Shown: in pieces, positions 8,244 through 17,500 of the stretch
Layout of the letters: each line of letters opens with the position of its first letter
Numbering within the stretch: position 1 is the first letter of the stretch
Source of the DNA: an uncultured Bacilli bacterium
GTDB lineage: Bacteria; Bacillota_I; Bacilli_A; RFN20; CAG-449
Reading direction: 5' to 3'
DNA length: 64,000 nt
Assembly (NCBI GenBank): GCA_947632435.1
Contig: CANRPC010000006.1
Span: 4,923-68,922 of the forward strand
Made by a program: the position numbers and the translations under genes
The notes under the pieces: model-generated
The model's database searches: none
Told to the model about the DNA's origin: nothing
The model's input: the letters and a program-made list of their open reading frames with translations, nothing else

Positions 8244-9852
8244 AACATTGCATAAACCAGTTGATGGCAGAAAACTAAAAGTTTGTGCTTATGCTAGAGT
8301 TTCATCAGATAAAGAACTTCAAGAAACAAGTTTTGATGAGCAAATAACATATTATATTAATTTAATAATGAATAATCCTGAATGGGACTTTGCAGGTATA
8401 TTCGCAGATAATGGCAAGACAGGTACTAATACAAGTGTAAGAACACAATTTAATCTCATGCTTGATAAAGCAAAATCTAGCCAAATTGATATTATTCTAG
8501 TTAAATCAATTTCACGATTCGCAAGAAATGTAATTGACCTTTTAAGCACCATTCAAGAACTAAGATTAAAAGGAATTGAAGTCTTTTTTGAAAGAGAAAA
8601 CCTTTCTTCTCTCGATTATAAATGCGATGAACTTCTAACTTGTTATGCAAAATTTGCTGAAGAGGAATCAGAATCAATAAGTAAGAATGTTAAATGGGCT
8701 GTTGAAAAAGCAAAACGAGATGGAAAATACTTTATCAATACTTGGCAGATGCTAGGATATTCATATAATGAAAACAATGAAATTGTTATTGTTGAAGAAG
8801 AAGCAAAATGGATACGAGCAATTTATAACATGTATGTAAATAATCGCTCACTTGTAGAGATTCAACAATTCTTAAAGGAAAACAATGTTAAAAGTCCTTT
8901 AGGAAAAGAAATATGGCCTTTTACTACACTTATGCATACTCTAACAAATGAAAAATATGTAGGTGATTGCCTCATGCAAAAAGAATTTATTGAAGATGTC
9001 AAGACGCATAAGAAAATTCAAAATACTGGCCAAGAAACGCAAGTACTCATAGAAAATGGGCATCCAGCAATTATAGATAGAGATTTATTTAATAAAGCTC
9101 AAGCATTAAGAGAATCAAGACGTAAGCAGTTTAAGGTAAGAACTATATTAGAAGGAACCTACATAAAATCTTCTAATTCTTCTACTTATACTGGATTTGC
9201 ATACTGTCCTCATTGTGGTAAGAATTATATTCTTAAAACAAATAGAAAAGAAGGTTATATGAGAAAAATGCTCTACTGCGGTTCAAATCGAAATGGACTT
9301 CAATGCAGAAAAAGCGAATCATTATTTTGTGACATTTTGGAAGACATTATGGTAAAGCAAATAAATGTTATACTAGCAAATAAATCATATTTTAAAGAAT
9401 GGTTATTAAATGGCTTCAGAATAAATGAATCAGACATTGATAATACTTCTGAGAAGATTGAATCTTTAAGAAAAAGACTTACTGAACTTGATGATAATGT
9501 TGAAATAGACAGGTATGTTAAAGAGGAAATTAACAATCAAATAAATAGTCTCATTACCAAGCAAATCCAAGAGCGAAATAATAAACTTGTAATTGATTAT
9601 CAATCTCTTATTTCAAAAATTCTTGATTTGATTAAGCAATATAATTCAATAAAAACAATTGATGAAATTCCGTTTAGAGATATTTTCTCAAAAGTGATAG
9701 TCATTGATAGAGATCACTTAATATTTGTCATAGGAAGTCCAAATTTAGAAAAAGTTGATGTTAATCAAAAAACATACTTCTCATCAAAAATAATTTACAG
9801 AGTGAGAAAAACAAACTTCGAATGTGAATTTGGTATAATCATAAATAAGTAA
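8236..9852 (+). CDS. Second large serine recombinase, a paralog of the upstream gene.
   Basis: YARVSSDKELQ, DIILVKSISRFARN and a zinc-ribbon CPHCGK...CGSNRNGLQC. The start was refined to ATG 8236 (MIKTLHK), which has a GGAGGTGA RBS. It overlaps the upstream stop by 8 bp, as in ccrA/ccrB pairs. Confidence 0.85.
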   Translation: MIKTLHKPVDGRKLKVCAYARVSSDKELQETSFDEQITYYINLIMNNPEWDFAGIFADNGKTGTNTSVRTQFNLMLDKAKSSQIDIILVKSISRFARNVIDLLSTIQELRLKGIEVFFERENLSSLDYKCDELLTCYAKFAEEESESISKNVKWAVEKAKRDGKYFINTWQMLGYSYNENNEIVIVEEEAKWIRAIYNMYVNNRSLVEIQQFLKENNVKSPLGKEIWPFTTLMHTLTNEKYVGDCLMQKEFIEDVKTHKKIQNTGQETQVLIENGHPAIIDRDLFNKAQALRESRRKQFKVRTILEGTYIKSSNSSTYTGFAYCPHCGKNYILKTNRKEGYMRKMLYCGSNRNGLQCRKSESLFCDILEDIMVKQINVILANKSYFKEWLLNGFRINESDIDNTSEKIESLRKRLTELDDNVEIDRYVKEEINNQINSLITKQIQERNNKLVIDYQSLISKILDLIKQYNSIKTIDEIPFRDIFSKVIVIDRDHLIFVIGSPNLEKVDVNQKTYFSSKIIYRVRKTNFECEFGIIINK

Positions 9853-9876
9853 AAAAATATATAAAAAAAGAGGAAC

Positions 9877-9915
9877 TTGAGTTTGTAAGTTCAAGTTCCT
9901 TTTTCTTTGCTCATA
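9877..9915 (+). terminator. Rho-independent terminator: a 10-bp perfect stem AGGAACTTGA...TCAAGTTCCT followed by TTTTCTTT.
   Basis: Read from the sequence immediately after the recombinase stop. Confidence 0.6.
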
Positions 9916-10110
9916 AGTTCGCTTCCCGTTTGCTTCTCGTTCGCTTTCCCTATGTCTTTAATTTGAATAATTTATGAGTTCGTACCCTATATTTATCAAT
10001 GCATTTTTGCCTAGTTTAATACCAATTGACCAGAAACCGCTAGAACTAATCATTTGCTAAAAAGTGTCGTTTCGTGCGTTTTGCTGTTGATATAGTGCAT
10101 TTTTAGACAA

Positions 10111-10139
10111 AAATAAAAAGAGTACCAACTGGTATTCTT
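10111..10139 (-). terminator. Rho-independent terminator for tRNA-Trp. The hairpin has 9 of 10 bp paired, followed by a U-run on the minus strand.
   Basis: Plus strand reads AAATAAAAAGAGTACCAACTGGTATTCTT. On the minus strand this is a hairpin followed by TTTTTATTT. Confidence 0.5.
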
Positions 10140-10153
10140 TTGGTTTTTTTGAA

Positions 10154-10227
10154 TGGCAGGAGTGACAGGAATCGAACCCGCGTTAATGGTTTTGGAGACC
10201 ACTGTACTACCATTGTACGACACTCCT
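10154..10227 (-). tRNA. trnW: tRNA-Trp (anticodon CCA).
   Basis: Minus-strand sequence AGGAGTGTCGTACAATGGTAGTACAGTGGTCTCCAAAACCATTAACGCGGGTTCGATTCCTGTCACTCCTGCCA folds into a cloverleaf with anticodon loop CTCCAAA. The CCA end is encoded. Confidence 0.85.
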
Positions 10228-10237
10228 AATATAAAAA

Positions 10238-10660
10238 TTAAAGGGATTTTAAAACTTTATTTACCAATCCCATATCAACTTTACCAGCAAAATTTGTTTT
10301 AAAATGCTTCATGACAACAGGAATTGATCGATCGGAAAGTTTTAAAATTTCACTTTTAATTTCTTCCTCACTTAACATTTTTGGTAAGTAAGCTTGAATA
10401 AATGAAATTTGATGTTCTATTGAAGTAACTTTATTTAAATTATTAACGGCCATATAACCTAGTTTTTCTTCATCAAGTTCTTTCAATGTTTTAGAAATTA
10501 AATTAATTACATCTACATCAGTAATTTCTTCATTCTTTTCTTTTTTTTCAATTTTTAGCAACATATATTTATTAATGATAACATTGGCAATAGCTTTAAC
10601 ATCTTCATTTTTTGTTTTAAATGCTTCCATTTTTGCTTTTTTTATTTCATCAATAAGCAT
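10238..10660 (-). CDS. yqeY: GatB/YqeY-domain protein.
   Basis: 140 aa. Length and pattern are typical of the YqeY family. Confidence 0.7.
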   Translation of the reverse strand: MLIDEIKKAKMEAFKTKNEDVKAIANVIINKYMLLKIEKKEKNEEITDVDVINLISKTLKELDEEKLGYMAVNNLNKVTSIEHQISFIQAYLPKMLSEEEIKSEILKLSDRSIPVVMKHFKTNFAGKVDMGLVNKVLKSL

Positions 10661-10747
10661 AATATCACCTCGATTGAATCTTTATTATATTACCATTTTG
10701 CATTGCTACATGCAAGAATAATTTTCTTTGATTAATTAATATGTTAA

Positions 10748-12586
10748 TTAATATAAATATAAATTTTCTAATTCCTTTAATTTTGTTTCTATTTCTTTAA
10801 TATCTTTTTCTAACTTTAATGATTTTTCATAATCCATATAATATTCTTCTAAAAATTGCAAAGATTTTAATTCTTTTAGTTTTATTTCAAGTGCAGTAAT
10901 TTTTTCTTCGATTTTTAAGCTAGTCTTTTTTTCTTTTGGGCATTCTTTATTTTGAGGTTTTAGATTCTTTGTTATATCATAATCTTTATCAATTAAATTT
11001 TTTTCTTTTTCAATTAAATCATGATAACCGCCTTCATTAAAATATACTTTTGATGGTGAAAAATATAATACGTGAGTTGCTATTTCATCGACAAAATAAC
11101 GATCATGCGATATAAAAATAATTGTTCCTTTATATTCTTTTAAGGCATTTATTAATGCTTGTCTTGTAACCATATCTAAATGATTTGTTGGCTCATCAAG
11201 AAGCAATAAATCATAATTTTTAAGTATGATTTTACTAAGCATTAGACGCATTTTTTCTCCACCAGATAATTTATTAATACTTTTTTGATAATCATCATTA
11301 ACAAAATTAAATTTTCCTAAATGATTTCTTAATGCTTTTTCTCCTAAAGTTGGAAAATTATTAACCATATTTTCTAAAATTGTTTCATCATTAGATGTTA
11401 AATGGTGCTGATCAATATATCCAATATTAATTTGTCTTTTAAAAATCATTTCCCCTTTTAAAGGTTTTAATTCTTCGAGAATTAATTTTAAAAAAGTCGT
11501 TTTTCCAGATCCATTATTCCCCATTATAGCAATTTTATCTTGTCCAAAAACATCGAATGAAATATTTTCTTCTAATGGAAAATCATAACCAATTGCCACA
11601 TCTTTAAAGGATAGCATTTCTTTTCCTTTTAAAGATTCACCTTGAAATTTTATATTTAAAGATTTTTTTTCTTGAAATGGTTTTTCAATTTTTTGTATAC
11701 GTTCAAGCTTTTTTTCTTTATCATGCACACGTGATACAAAACGAGGTTTGTAACGGAAATAAGTAATAAATTTTTGCATCCGTTCTATTTCTTTTTGCTG
11801 CTGATTATATTGAGACAATTGTTGTTCATAATTTATCTTTTTTTGTTCGATATAGTTTTCATAATCGCCTTTATAAATAGTTAATTTATGTGATTCAATT
11901 TCAAAAATATAATCCGAAAGTGCATCAATAAAATAACGATCATGAGAAACAAAAAGTAAAGCACCTTTATAATTTTTTAAATAAATTTCAAGCCATTCTA
12001 TCGTAGCTAAATCTAAATGATTTGTTGGTTCATCTAAAATAAGTAAATCAGGTTCTAATAAAAGCAATTTTAAAAAAGCAATTTTAGTTCTTTCGCCACC
12101 AGAAAAAGTATTTATCTTACGGTTATAATCATTTTTAGAAAAACCAAATTTAGAAATCATCATTTCAATTTTATAGTGATAATCATAACCATTAAGTGAA
12201 GTAAATATTTCTTGTTTTTTACCATATTGTTCACTTAATTTTTTATTTGTTGGATCTAAAGAAAGCTCTGTTGACAATTCAATAAGTTCTTTTTCTTTTA
12301 TTTGTAAATCGGAAAAAACTAATAATGCTTCTTCAAGTAAAGTATTATTTACATTTTCAATAACTTCTTGAGATAAATAACCAATTTTAATATTTTTACT
12401 TAAAGAAATATTGCCATGTGAAATATCTTCTTTTCCTAAAATAATTTTTAATAATGTTGATTTACCACATCCATTGTTACCTATTAAAGCAATGCGATCT
12501 TTTTCATTTATATGAAAAGTCACATGTTCAAATAGAATATCCCCTAGAAATTCTTTTTTAACATCCTGTAAAGATACAAGTTGCAT
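10748..12586 (-). CDS. ABC-F family ATPase, a tandem-ABC translation factor of the Uup/EttA/YdiF type.
   Basis: Two Walker A motifs (GNNGCGKST and GNNGSGKTT), two LSGGE signatures, and a C-terminal coiled-coil. No transmembrane domain. Confidence 0.85.
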   Translation of the reverse strand: MQLVSLQDVKKEFLGDILFEHVTFHINEKDRIALIGNNGCGKSTLLKIILGKEDISHGNISLSKNIKIGYLSQEVIENVNNTLLEEALLVFSDLQIKEKELIELSTELSLDPTNKKLSEQYGKKQEIFTSLNGYDYHYKIEMMISKFGFSKNDYNRKINTFSGGERTKIAFLKLLLLEPDLLILDEPTNHLDLATIEWLEIYLKNYKGALLFVSHDRYFIDALSDYIFEIESHKLTIYKGDYENYIEQKKINYEQQLSQYNQQQKEIERMQKFITYFRYKPRFVSRVHDKEKKLERIQKIEKPFQEKKSLNIKFQGESLKGKEMLSFKDVAIGYDFPLEENISFDVFGQDKIAIMGNNGSGKTTFLKLILEELKPLKGEMIFKRQINIGYIDQHHLTSNDETILENMVNNFPTLGEKALRNHLGKFNFVNDDYQKSINKLSGGEKMRLMLSKIILKNYDLLLLDEPTNHLDMVTRQALINALKEYKGTIIFISHDRYFVDEIATHVLYFSPSKVYFNEGGYHDLIEKEKNLIDKDYDITKNLKPQNKECPKEKKTSLKIEEKITALEIKLKELKSLQFLEEYYMDYEKSLKLEKDIKEIETKLKELENLYLY

Positions 12587-12596
12587 AATTACACCT

Positions 12597-13577
12597 TTAA
12601 TTTCTAATTGTAGATTTGAAATTTAAAATAAATAATTCAAATCCATAATATGGATCTATTTGACCAGATTTAATTTTATAATCTAATTTATATAATTCAT
12701 TATTAACAAGCATTGCTTTTTCTAAAGGCAATAAACTTAAATTTTGCAAAGCTAGTTGCACCCTATAAGGATGAATTGCCATAATTTTTGCAATAGAGTC
12801 CTTATTTTCATTATTTTTTTGTAAAATACCTACACGTGTAATTATACGAAATTGTGATGCCATCAAAGCTATAAGTCGAACTGGTTCTTCTTTAAAAACT
12901 CTTAAATCATAATATACTTTCAAAGCCTTTTCAATATTGCCTTTTATCAAATTTTCTGCGATTAAAAATGCATTATCCTCTAATTTTAATGAACAAAGAG
13001 CAACAACATCATCAATAGATATATTTTTCGAAAATAAACATAATTTATTAGCATCCATTGTAAATTTAGCTAAATCGCCATTTGCTCTAAAAAGCAATTC
13101 TTTTAAAGCATCTGGAGTAATTTTTACTTCATTTTTTTCAAAATATTGATGAGCAACAGAAGCTAATTTATCACCAGTTAAATTCTCAACTTCTATAATT
13201 TTTGCATGCTTTTTTAATAATTTATAAATTTCAGACTTCAAAGATAAATTACTACCTTCAAGAAAAAAAACTAAATCTGAATAAAAAGAAGGTTCACTAA
13301 TATACTTTTTTAAAATTTCGTAATTTTGTATTTTTTCAATTTCATTTCTTTCTTTTGACGTAGTTAAAAAATATGGATCTGTTACTACGATCATTTTTTT
13401 TGAAGAAAATAAAGCAGGTTTACTTGCTTCCGAAACAATATCTTGTACAGAAACATTTTTTGCAGATAAAACAACATATGAAAATTCATCAGCATCTAAA
13501 CCAACACTTGTTTCTTTTAATTTTTTTAATTGTTTTTTTAATGTTGGATATTGTTCTCCATAAAGCAAATAAATCAT
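12597..13577 (-). CDS. holA: DNA polymerase III delta subunit.
   Basis: 326 aa. N-terminus MIYLLYGEQYP...LKKLKE. Conserved position downstream of comEC. Confidence 0.7.
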   Translation of the reverse strand: MIYLLYGEQYPTLKKQLKKLKETSVGLDADEFSYVVLSAKNVSVQDIVSEASKPALFSSKKMIVVTDPYFLTTSKERNEIEKIQNYEILKKYISEPSFYSDLVFFLEGSNLSLKSEIYKLLKKHAKIIEVENLTGDKLASVAHQYFEKNEVKITPDALKELLFRANGDLAKFTMDANKLCLFSKNISIDDVVALCSLKLEDNAFLIAENLIKGNIEKALKVYYDLRVFKEEPVRLIALMASQFRIITRVGILQKNNENKDSIAKIMAIHPYRVQLALQNLSLLPLEKAMLVNNELYKLDYKIKSGQIDPYYGFELFILNFKSTIRN

Positions 13578-13591
13578 TTTTTATCACCAAA

Positions 13592-15619
13592 TTAATTATA
13601 AACTATTTGATATTTCACTTCAAAGAAATAAAAAAACAAAGCACAAAATCTAAAATTATTTTCGTGATAAAAAATTGTTCCCTCTTCATCGGTACGATGA
13701 TATTTAATATTTAATTTTTTTAAATTATTAATAACAACTGCGCTTGGATGATTATAAGAATTATTTTTTCCTACAGAAATAACAGCTTCTTTTGGATTAA
13801 CAGCTTTTAAAAATTTAAAAGATGAAGATGTATTACTTCCATGATGTGCAATTTTTATAATATCCGCGGAAACATCATATTTATTTAAAATCATATTTTC
13901 TATTTTTTGTGATATATCTCCACAGAAAAGATATGTACGCGAATAAAATTTTAACTTTATTAATGATGAATCATCATTATCCAAACTTCCATCACCAAAA
14001 GAATTTAAATTATAAAATGTTAAATTATCAATTTTATATTTATAAAAATCACTTCCAAAATGATAACTATCAATTTGAAAATTATTAATTAAATTTTCTA
14101 AAGCTCCTGAATGATCATAATCATCATGGCTTAAAAAAATATGATCAATTTTTTTAATATTCATCTTCTTGAAAAAAGGAATGAGAACTACATTAGCAAT
14201 GTCTTTTTTTAAATTTCCACCTGTATCTATTAAAATATTTTTATTTCTGTCATGAATAAGAGTACAATCTCCTTGACCAACATTTATAAACGCTACAAAT
14301 GATGTAGAAAAATTTATTTTTGTAGAAAATAAAAAAAGAGTTAAAGAAAAGCACAAAACATATTTAACTGCACGCTTTTTATTATTTCTTTCTAAAGTGA
14401 TAACAATCAAAATAAAAAATATAATTGCTAAAATAGTACAAAAAATAGTATTAAAATAAAAATCTAAAGTAATATTATACATTTTAATAATTTTAAAAAA
14501 CATTTCATAAAAATTTTTAAATAAAGATAAAATGCATTCTAAATTAGGCAAAAACATTAATATATAAATAATTAAAAAAAATAAAGTAAAAATTTCTTTA
14601 AAAACATAGAGCAAAAGAAATGATAAAATATTTACGTTATGAAAAAAATAAATTTGTAATGGTATAAAAATAAGTTCCATAAGAAAAGCATTAATAATAT
14701 TTTTAAATTTAAAACTAAAAATATTAACCGCAGCTTTTAAATAAGGAATAAATAAAGGAATCAAAAAAGAAAAATAAAACGTAGCGTTTTGCAAAAATAA
14801 AGGATTATGGAAAAGATTAATTAATAATAAAGCATTGATAATTTGGCTTTTTTTAATATTAATATTATGGTTTTTAACTAAAATTAAAACATATGCTTTT
14901 AATATACCAATTTTAAATGATGAAAAAATAATAATAGGAAATAATAATATTTCCCTAATTATCATAGCCTTTTTTTCTTTTAAAAATTTTTCTAATATAC
15001 GTTTAAAAATAGTATCTAATCCATAAAGAATAATTCCACTGCTAGAAATGATAAATGTTATTCCTAATGAATTATTATAATCAATATTTTCATTAAAAAT
15101 GTGCTCTGCAATGAAAGTTTTATTTTCTATAGAAAAATTGTTTAATATTTGTTCTTTCAAATAATTAGAGCGAATAAATGTTCTAGAAATCGATGAAATT
15201 GAAAAAACATATAAAGAAAAATTAATGTTTTTCTTATTTAGATATTGTTGAAAATTAAATTCACTTTCTAAACTGATAAATTCTAATTTTCTTCTATATC
15301 CATTAATTTTTAAAATATCACCAACTTCATGTAAATGGCTTTTTTCATAAATATAATAATTTACTAAATCACTACTAAAAATATAATAGTTTTCTTTAAC
15401 CATTGTTACTATACCAATATATTCGCCTTTTTCTTTATGATTATCGTAATTTGTGATATTGATAAAAGTAAAAAAAAGGCAGAAAGAGAAAATAAATATT
15501 TTAAGATTAAATTGGCAAAATTTAGGAATTAAGAATAATGAAAAAAAAGCTAACCACCCTAATAAAGGGTTGATTAGCCAAAAAGAAAAAGCGATGTATA
15601 CAAAAATAAAATATTTCAT
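13592..15619 (-). CDS. comEC: ComEC/Rec2 DNA internalization channel with a C-terminal metallo-beta-lactamase domain.
   Basis: Polytopic membrane N-terminus. The C-terminus contains VAFINVGQGDCTLIHD...LIDTGG and HDDYDHSG, which match the MBL motifs. Confidence 0.8.
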   Translation of the reverse strand: MKYFIFVYIAFSFWLINPLLGWLAFFSLFLIPKFCQFNLKIFIFSFCLFFTFINITNYDNHKEKGEYIGIVTMVKENYYIFSSDLVNYYIYEKSHLHEVGDILKINGYRRKLEFISLESEFNFQQYLNKKNINFSLYVFSISSISRTFIRSNYLKEQILNNFSIENKTFIAEHIFNENIDYNNSLGITFIISSSGIILYGLDTIFKRILEKFLKEKKAMIIREILLFPIIIFSSFKIGILKAYVLILVKNHNINIKKSQIINALLLINLFHNPLFLQNATFYFSFLIPLFIPYLKAAVNIFSFKFKNIINAFLMELIFIPLQIYFFHNVNILSFLLLYVFKEIFTLFFLIIYILMFLPNLECILSLFKNFYEMFFKIIKMYNITLDFYFNTIFCTILAIIFFILIVITLERNNKKRAVKYVLCFSLTLFLFSTKINFSTSFVAFINVGQGDCTLIHDRNKNILIDTGGNLKKDIANVVLIPFFKKMNIKKIDHIFLSHDDYDHSGALENLINNFQIDSYHFGSDFYKYKIDNLTFYNLNSFGDGSLDNDDSSLIKLKFYSRTYLFCGDISQKIENMILNKYDVSADIIKIAHHGSNTSSSFKFLKAVNPKEAVISVGKNNSYNHPSAVVINNLKKLNIKYHRTDEEGTIFYHENNFRFCALFFYFFEVKYQIVYN

Positions 15620-16155
15620 CTAAGACGAATATAATCGCGCACTTTTTGATATGTTGCATCGCCAATTCCTGAAACATTCTTAATATCTTCTAAAGCAAGA
15701 AATGGGCCATTTTCTTCACGATATGCGACAATTTTTTCTCCAAGTGTTAAAGAAATACCATCTAGTGTTGATAATTGAGCCGCGCTTGCAGTATTAATAT
15801 TTATTTTTTCAACAGCAGCTTCAATTTCACATTCTGTTGCATATGAAGATTTAGGTGGAATGTAAACGTTGGTTCTATTTTCTAAAGTGGTTTCAATCAT
15901 AATTGCATTTTGATCAGCACTTTCTAAAAAACCACCAGCTTTTTCAACTAAATCACCAATAGTCTGTGTTTTTGCCATAGAATAGGATCCTGGATGAACT
16001 ATTTGTCCATCTATTATTACCCGAATTTGATTTTCTTCCTCTACGGAAACAATGTCATCACCGTTTTGTTGATTCTTCACATTAGGATCAATTTTTGTGA
16101 ATGTAAAAATAAGAGCAACAACTGCAACAGCTACAATAGCAATAATTTTAAACAT
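15616..16155 (-). CDS. comEA: ComEA DNA receptor with helix-hairpin-helix motifs.
   Basis: N-terminal transmembrane segment. C-terminal INTASAAQLSTLDGISLTLGEKIVAYREENGPF...IKNVSGIG tandem HhH. Overlaps comEC by 4 bp. Confidence 0.8.
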   Translation of the reverse strand: MFKIIAIVAVAVVALIFTFTKIDPNVKNQQNGDDIVSVEEENQIRVIIDGQIVHPGSYSMAKTQTIGDLVEKAGGFLESADQNAIMIETTLENRTNVYIPPKSSYATECEIEAAVEKININTASAAQLSTLDGISLTLGEKIVAYREENGPFLALEDIKNVSGIGDATYQKVRDYIRLR

Positions 16156-16286
16156 AATTTTCTCCTTTCAATAATACAATTACTGAAATAATGAATTTTA
16201 AAGAAAAATTTGTTTAATAATTATGAAAAAAGTATAAAAAAACTATGAATTTATTCGTTTCATCAAATAAATCATAGTTTGTATAT

Positions 16287-16757
16287 TTAATTAATTTTAA
16301 CTATTTTAACAGTGTAAGGTTCGTTAACTTTAACAACAACCTCATCACCGACTTTGTGATTTAATACAGCTTGAGCTAAAAGACATTCATTTGATATTTT
16401 ACCATTTATAGGGTCAGCTTCAGCTGTACCAACAATTGTATATTTATCGGTAACATTTTCATCAAGAGATAGAAGTTCAACAGTAGAACCAACTGTCACT
16501 ATATTTTTACTTTTAGCGTCGACTTTAATAATTTCGGCATGATTTATCGCGTATTGTAATTCTTTAATTCTTGCCTCAATTTCTCCTTGTTTAGCTCTTG
16601 CAGCATCATAATCTGCATTTTCAGATTTATCACCAAGTGCAGCAGCTTCACCAATTTCTTTAGTTACTTGAGGTCTAGCAACTGTCAAAAGATAATCTAA
16701 TTCTTCTTGATATTTATCAAAACCTTCTTGAGTAAGTAATACTTTGTTTTGTTCCAT
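16287..16757 (-). CDS. greA: Transcription elongation factor GreA.
   Basis: 156 aa. N-terminal coiled-coil LTQEGFDKYQEELDYL and a C-terminal FKBP-like domain. Confidence 0.85.
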   Translation of the reverse strand: MEQNKVLLTQEGFDKYQEELDYLLTVARPQVTKEIGEAAALGDKSENADYDAARAKQGEIEARIKELQYAINHAEIIKVDAKSKNIVTVGSTVELLSLDENVTDKYTIVGTAEADPINGKISNECLLAQAVLNHKVGDEVVVKVNEPYTVKIVKIN

Positions 16758-16811
16758 ATTATTAATCTCCTTTTTTAATCTTTTTAATTATAACATATAT
16801 AGTTTATATTG

Positions 16812-17072
16812 CTAAGAATTTTTTTTGAAATGTTCTTCTTCATAAGCTTTGATAACTTCTTCTAATTCATCATATTCATCATCATCTTCTACATCAGAAA
16901 TTGTTCCATCTTTTTCAATAATTCCCGCAATTAATTCTTCAGGCATCATTTCATCATAAAAGAATACATATTCTTTATCACGTGTATTACTTTTCCATGT
17001 GAAATAAATTTTTAATTCTGTTCTATTACCTTTATCATCTACAAAAACAACTTTATCATTATCAACGTGCAT
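16812..17072 (-). CDS. DUF1292 (YrzB-like) small acidic protein.
   Basis: 86 aa with an acidic C-terminus. Conserved upstream of ruvX-alaS in Firmicutes. Confidence 0.55.
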   Translation of the reverse strand: MHVDNDKVVFVDDKGNRTELKIYFTWKSNTRDKEYVFFYDEMMPEELIAGIIEKDGTISDVEDDDEYDELEEVIKAYEEEHFKKNS

Positions 17073-17074
17073 TA

Positions 17075-17500
17075 TTATCTCCCCATCAAATATGTTTCTA
17101 AAATAACTTGAGCAGCCATTTTATCAATTATTTTTTTTCTTTTTTTTCGTGACATATCAGCATCATCTATCAACATCCTTTGAGCTTGTTTAGTAGTCCA
17201 GCGTTCATCTATTAATGTAACTTTAATATTTTTTATATTTTTTAAAAGCATTTCTTTAAATTCTTTGCACATTAACGAATGTTCAGATTCATCGCCAGAC
17301 ATATGTAATGGTAAACCTAAGGCTATTTCATGAATATTTTCTTTTTCAACATAATACTTGACTCTATTTAAAGCTAAATCAAACTGCTTTGTCGGAAAAT
17401 GAAATGTTTCAATTCCATTTGCAACTATTCCAAGCAAATCAGACATTGCAATTCCTAATGTTTTTTCTCCTAAATCTAATCCTAAAACTTTTCCTACCAT
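17075..17500 (-). CDS. ruvX: Holliday junction resolvase-like protein RuvX/YqgF.
   Basis: N-terminus VLGLDLGEKTLGIAMSD. 141 aa. Overlaps alaS by 7 bp. Confidence 0.8.
   Translation of the reverse strand: MVGKVLGLDLGEKTLGIAMSDLLGIVANGIETFHFPTKQFDLALNRVKYYVEKENIHEIALGLPLHMSGDESEHSLMCKEFKEMLLKNIKNIKVTLIDERWTTKQAQRMLIDDADMSRKKRKKIIDKMAAQVILETYLMGR

Noticed and set aside
12937-15026. Plus-strand ORFs 12937..13149, 13373..13714 and 14835..15026 inside holA and comEC. Also 15994..16191 inside comEA and 19287..19709 inside alaS.
   Set aside because: Shadow ORFs on the opposite strand of conserved genes. Their composition is typical of AT-rich antisense reading.
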